Both the position numbers and the translations under genes were made by a program. A stretch of 43,010 nt of DNA from a virus. A model generated the notes under the pieces. The model was not told where the DNA came from, did not search any database, and was given only the letters and a program-made list of their open reading frames with translations. The stretch covers positions 1 to 43,010 of the IMG/VR virus record IMGVR_UViG_3300045988_038152, one strand, 5' to 3'. Shown here one piece after another: positions 40,299 to 43,010 of the stretch. The stretch's first letter is position 1. Every line of letters starts with the position of its first letter.

Positions 40299-41566
40299 CA
40301 GTCAATCCCCTTTGCTGTTTTATACCGTTTTGCCGCTCCTCTGGCTTTTGCGGCATTCTGGCGGTTCCACTTAGCAATCATAAGGCGGTCTTGTAGTTCC
40401 CTCAGGTCGTTCTGCTTGCAGTAATCTTTATATGCAGCATTTTGCTTTTGGAGAAGATAAGACTTCCGGTCAAGGTCTTGTTGCAATGCGAATTTCGCCT
40501 TTTCGTTCGGTGCATTGTCAACTCCTGCTTGCAGTCCGAGAACTTCACGCTTCGTCTTGCGGATTCTCCGTTCGTAAGTACGTTGCCGCTGTTCTTTTTC
40601 GTACTGTTTGCCTTTGTTGGCTTTATCCTGCGCTGATAATTCTGCATAAGGATTTGGCATTCCTTCCACCCAAACTGAAAAATGATGTCTGCAATTTACT
40701 CCACATATTCCATCAGCTTCGCCATAATGACAATTTTCAATAAAATCTGGATATTGGCTTGCTTTTTGCCCCAACATTCTACGGTATTCTGGCGTATCTC
40801 GTTCCCGAAAAAACTCCGGCTTAATTTCTTTTAATTTTTCCCAGTCTATAGAAAATACCTGTCCTTGCCATACTTCGTGGCTTGGGCGGCTTCCTATATG
40901 TGCCGATGTCAACACTAAACCGTATCCCATTTCTTTCATTCTTGTCAACTGAATATCAGCACATGCCTGTGCCACACCGGTTCTAACAGAACGTGCTACC
41001 GCTGTTTCAATCGTGTCTTTTCTGCCAGATGGATATGTGACTGTCACGCCATCACTCAAAACGTTGTTAACTGCTTCTTTGATGGCTTGCGTATATCCAA
41101 CTGCCCCAGTCATCACATGGTTGTATGCAAGGTCACATTGCTCGATATAGAGCCTCTGAGCGGCACTTGCAGTTGTCCGTGTGAAGTTCTTCCACTCGCC
41201 CATGGTTGCAAGCATATTTCGTTCCATGAGCCTTATCATAGTTGGCGACTGTTCAAGCGGTACAGGGCTTAATCCTGCCGCCTTGTATACCTTATCATCG
41301 TAGTTCATTGCAGTGATTCCGGCATCCTCGAACGCTTCAAGAAGTTCCTGCTGTTCACGTTTCGTGTATCTGGATAATTCTGCCAGTATGTCCTCTAGCA
41401 GTTCGCCAGATTCCTGTAGTGTTCTGATTCTCCATGCGTCGGCATTGGTCAGAATATAGTCCTCACCTCTGCCGATTCTTGTCATCATCCGCGATACGAT
41501 CTCAGAGATGATATACTGATGCAATTCTTCTGCAATCTGCTCACTGCCCTCTGTGATTCGTCGCAA
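40298..41566 (-). CDS. Head-morphogenesis / minor capsid protein (SPP1 gp7 / Mu F-like)
   Basis: 422 aa; SAHIGSRPSHEVWQGQVFS, ICGVNCRHHF; TTG start with a distant RBS, so the start is uncertain. Confidence 0.65.
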   Translation of the reverse strand: MRRITEGSEQIAEELHQYIISEIVSRMMTRIGRGEDYILTNADAWRIRTLQESGELLEDILAELSRYTKREQQELLEAFEDAGITAMNYDDKVYKAAGLSPVPLEQSPTMIRLMERNMLATMGEWKNFTRTTASAAQRLYIEQCDLAYNHVMTGAVGYTQAIKEAVNNVLSDGVTVTYPSGRKDTIETAVARSVRTGVAQACADIQLTRMKEMGYGLVLTSAHIGSRPSHEVWQGQVFSIDWEKLKEIKPEFFRERDTPEYRRMLGQKASQYPDFIENCHYGEADGICGVNCRHHFSVWVEGMPNPYAELSAQDKANKGKQYEKEQRQRTYERRIRKTKREVLGLQAGVDNAPNEKAKFALQQDLDRKSYLLQKQNAAYKDYCKQNDLRELQDRLMIAKWNRQNAAKARGAAKRYKTAKGID

Positions 41567-41602
41567 ATATTCTGGACTAAGTATAGTATATCACCTCTTT
41601 TC

Positions 41603-41631
41603 TTGTTATTATTCTCCCTATCTGATACAAT
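41603..41631 (+). promoter_or_regulatory. Promoter TTGTTA-17-TACAAT for the counter-oriented RHH gene
   Basis: Hexamers at 41603-41608 and 41626-41631. Confidence 0.5.
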
Positions 41632-41659
41632 GTAACAATCAAATAAGGAGGATAACATC

Positions 41660-41833
41660 ATGTTTGGAAGAAACAAGCGTAAAAGCGACGTTTGCATTGA
41701 TATAAAAGCAAATATAACGCCAGTGCAATATGTTCGCTTACTGTCGCAATGTCAGAGGGAAGATAAGGACATCTCTGGCGTTGTCGGACAGGCTCTAAAT
41801 GAATATTTTGATAAAAGAGGAAAGGAGATCTGA
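41660..41833 (+). CDS. 57-aa ribbon-helix-helix-like protein on the plus strand (not in ORF track)
   Basis: RBS aaggaggataacatcATG; MFGRNKRKSDVCIDIKANITPVQYVRLLSQCQREDKDISGVVGQALNEYFDKRGKEI. Confidence 0.55.
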   Translation: MFGRNKRKSDVCIDIKANITPVQYVRLLSQCQREDKDISGVVGQALNEYFDKRGKEI

Positions 41834-41850
41834 ACCTCTCCTCTTTTTTT
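41813..41850. terminator. Intrinsic terminator (convergent genes)
   Basis: Stem 41817-41825 pairs with 41835-41843 (one mismatch); the loop contains the RHH stop; T7 follows. Confidence 0.6.
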
Positions 41851-41876
41851 ATGGTTAACTAAAGCAATTCTTTAGT

Positions 41877-43010
41877 TTAGTACACATGATAAATTCGTTT
41901 TATAAATGCTTCCACTTTAGGTGCTATGAAACACTTGTGTGCAGCATCCAAAGGATGAACTGTATTTGCAACGCCGTTCCCGTCATCATCTTTATAGTAT
42001 TTTTCCGCAAAAACATCGTCCCATGGACGTAAGTTACTATAATTGTATAAATCCAAAACGGGCAAATCATAATAATCAGCAATTTCCTTAAGAGCCTTGA
42101 TATATAAGTCACACTTTTTGCTTGCTTCGCTATCTTTCTGTGGCGATAAATACCCCCATTTAGTCGGCAAAATAACACCAGCCACAATATCGGGACAACG
42201 TGAAAATACTGAATCAAAAAAGGATTTCATACAACCATAAATAGTATCTGTGCTACTGTCACCGAATACACCTAACCTGCTTTCGATATATTCATAATCA
42301 TTAAATGATCCGAAAACAGTTAATAATTCTGTATCTTCTGGAATTGTTGAAACACGATTAACGAATCTATTTTCAGTTTTCATATATCCAGTGCCACCAA
42401 CTCCGCAATTAACAACTTTTAATCCTAATGATTCAGATACATAATCAACATAATTCTTAGTACCAGTTGTTTGACTAGCGAGCGTTGCGCTATCTGTCAA
42501 ACTATCACCATAAGCACACCATTTTACACCGAATAAATTAGCGTATTCCTTTGTCTTGATATCAAATATATCATAAGGAACATGTTTTTTCGGCAGTGTA
42601 TCACCTTTCACCAGCATTATATCCGTCATTCGTGCAGCTGGACCAAACAATGTCATATGATACCCGCCATCAGGTATAGTGAATGTTTTCGGTATACTAT
42701 CTATATATATATGTTGTATTCTTTTTATATCAGAATCATATATACCAATAGCGCCATACAGCCAATTAACTGTATAGGTTTCTCCAGTTTTGCATGGGAT
42801 AACATCATCAATAGCATTGAATCTATCTTGTGCAACTAGAGTTGGTGGATATCCAATGGAATTTGTATACCCGTATTCCTCTTTTACTTTAGAAATGTCA
42901 ATTAAATTCCAATATTTTAAGTTTTTTGTTTTATCTTCTAAATCTTCCTTTAGCGAATCAGTTTCTGCATTTACTTTCTTAAAATTGTCCCCTACCACTT
43001 TAGCATCTGC
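41877..43010 (-). CDS. SGNH/GDSL hydrolase fibre-like protein, C-terminal 377 codons (N-terminus at 189-73 across the junction; 416 aa in total)
   Basis: All four SGNH blocks: AYGDSLTDS, NCGVGGTGY, FGSFND, HPLDAAH; N-terminal ADAKVVGDNFKKV fibre-type motif. Confidence 0.8.
   Translation of the reverse strand, partial: ADAKVVGDNFKKVNAETDSLKEDLEDKTKNLKYWNLIDISKVKEEYGYTNSIGYPPTLVAQDRFNAIDDVIPCKTGETYTVNWLYGAIGIYDSDIKRIQHIYIDSIPKTFTIPDGGYHMTLFGPAARMTDIMLVKGDTLPKKHVPYDIFDIKTKEYANLFGVKWCAYGDSLTDSATLASQTTGTKNYVDYVSESLGLKVVNCGVGGTGYMKTENRFVNRVSTIPEDTELLTVFGSFNDYEYIESRLGVFGDSSTDTIYGCMKSFFDSVFSRCPDIVAGVILPTKWGYLSPQKDSEASKKCDLYIKALKEIADYYDLPVLDLYNYSNLRPWDDVFAEKYYKDDDGNGVANTVHPLDAAHKCFIAPKVEAFIKRIYHVY
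42939..43010. repeat. Terminal direct repeat, right copy (identical to 1-72)
   Basis: Same 72-mer as bases 1-72. Confidence 0.95.

Larger units (their letters stand above)
1..43010. mobile_element. Complete temperate tailed-phage genome (siphovirus-type), circularly closed contig, about 42,938 bp unique
   Basis: Full packaging, head, tail, lysis, integration, immunity and replication gene set; 72-bp identical ends; one ORF reads across the junction. Confidence 0.85.

Noticed and set aside
1-43010. Search for a reverse transcriptase (DGR or retron), CRISPR array, known multi-gene defence systems, stop-codon recoding or suppressor tRNA
   Set aside because: No RT-like ORF, no repeat-spacer array and no template/variable repeat pair was seen. 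All long genes are intact under the standard code, and the only tRNA has a sense anticodon (CAU).

Overview
This window is a complete, circularly closed genome of a temperate siphovirus-type phage. The host is probably a low-GC Gram-positive, Clostridia-like bacterium, inferred from RBS style and gene families. Bases 1-72 are identical to 42939-43010, leaving about 42,938 bp unique, and one gene reads across that junction.

Almost all genes lie on the minus strand. In transcription order (descending coordinates):
- An immunity switch at 15.82-15.91 kb, with back-to-back sigma-A-type promoters and an XRE repressor on the plus strand.
- Early genes: Xis-like HTH, small membrane proteins, Rad52/Sak-type SSAP, NinB/Orf-like protein, PD-(D/E)XK resolvase, a replisome organiser with internal iterons, a DnaC/IstB-like loader, a NinG-like protein, a LexA-type wHTH, a PAPS-reductase-like PP-loop enzyme, YopX, and two paralogous small HTH regulators.
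- A terminator, then a TerS-like domain fused to a PBSX-type TerL, and the portal.
- Across the junction: an SGNH-esterase fibre-like protein, a counter-oriented RHH cassette, and a head-morphogenesis protein.
- A ~4.7-kb accessory island, then a tRNA(CAU) behind a structured leader.
- Scaffold, major capsid, connector, a displaced holin, head-tail joining proteins, major tail, chaperones, a 1051-aa tape measure, Dit, and a 1079-aa tip/fibre protein with an S74 chaperone domain.
- A GH25-CHAP-PG-binding endolysin.

The lysogeny side comprises attP (20.57-20.79 kb), a tyrosine integrase, a glycine-zipper/SHOCT membrane protein, two RHH proteins and an ORF6N antirepressor-like gene.

The most unusual content is the island at 35.57-39.6 kb. 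It is a separately terminated and promoted cassette of Q/N-rich, G/N/C-rich, R/S/Y-rich and BclA-C-like proteins that splits the head module, and it sits next to an atypical tRNA with a ~230-nt structured upstream RNA.

All functional calls come from motif recognition by eye. No database search or folding program was available.
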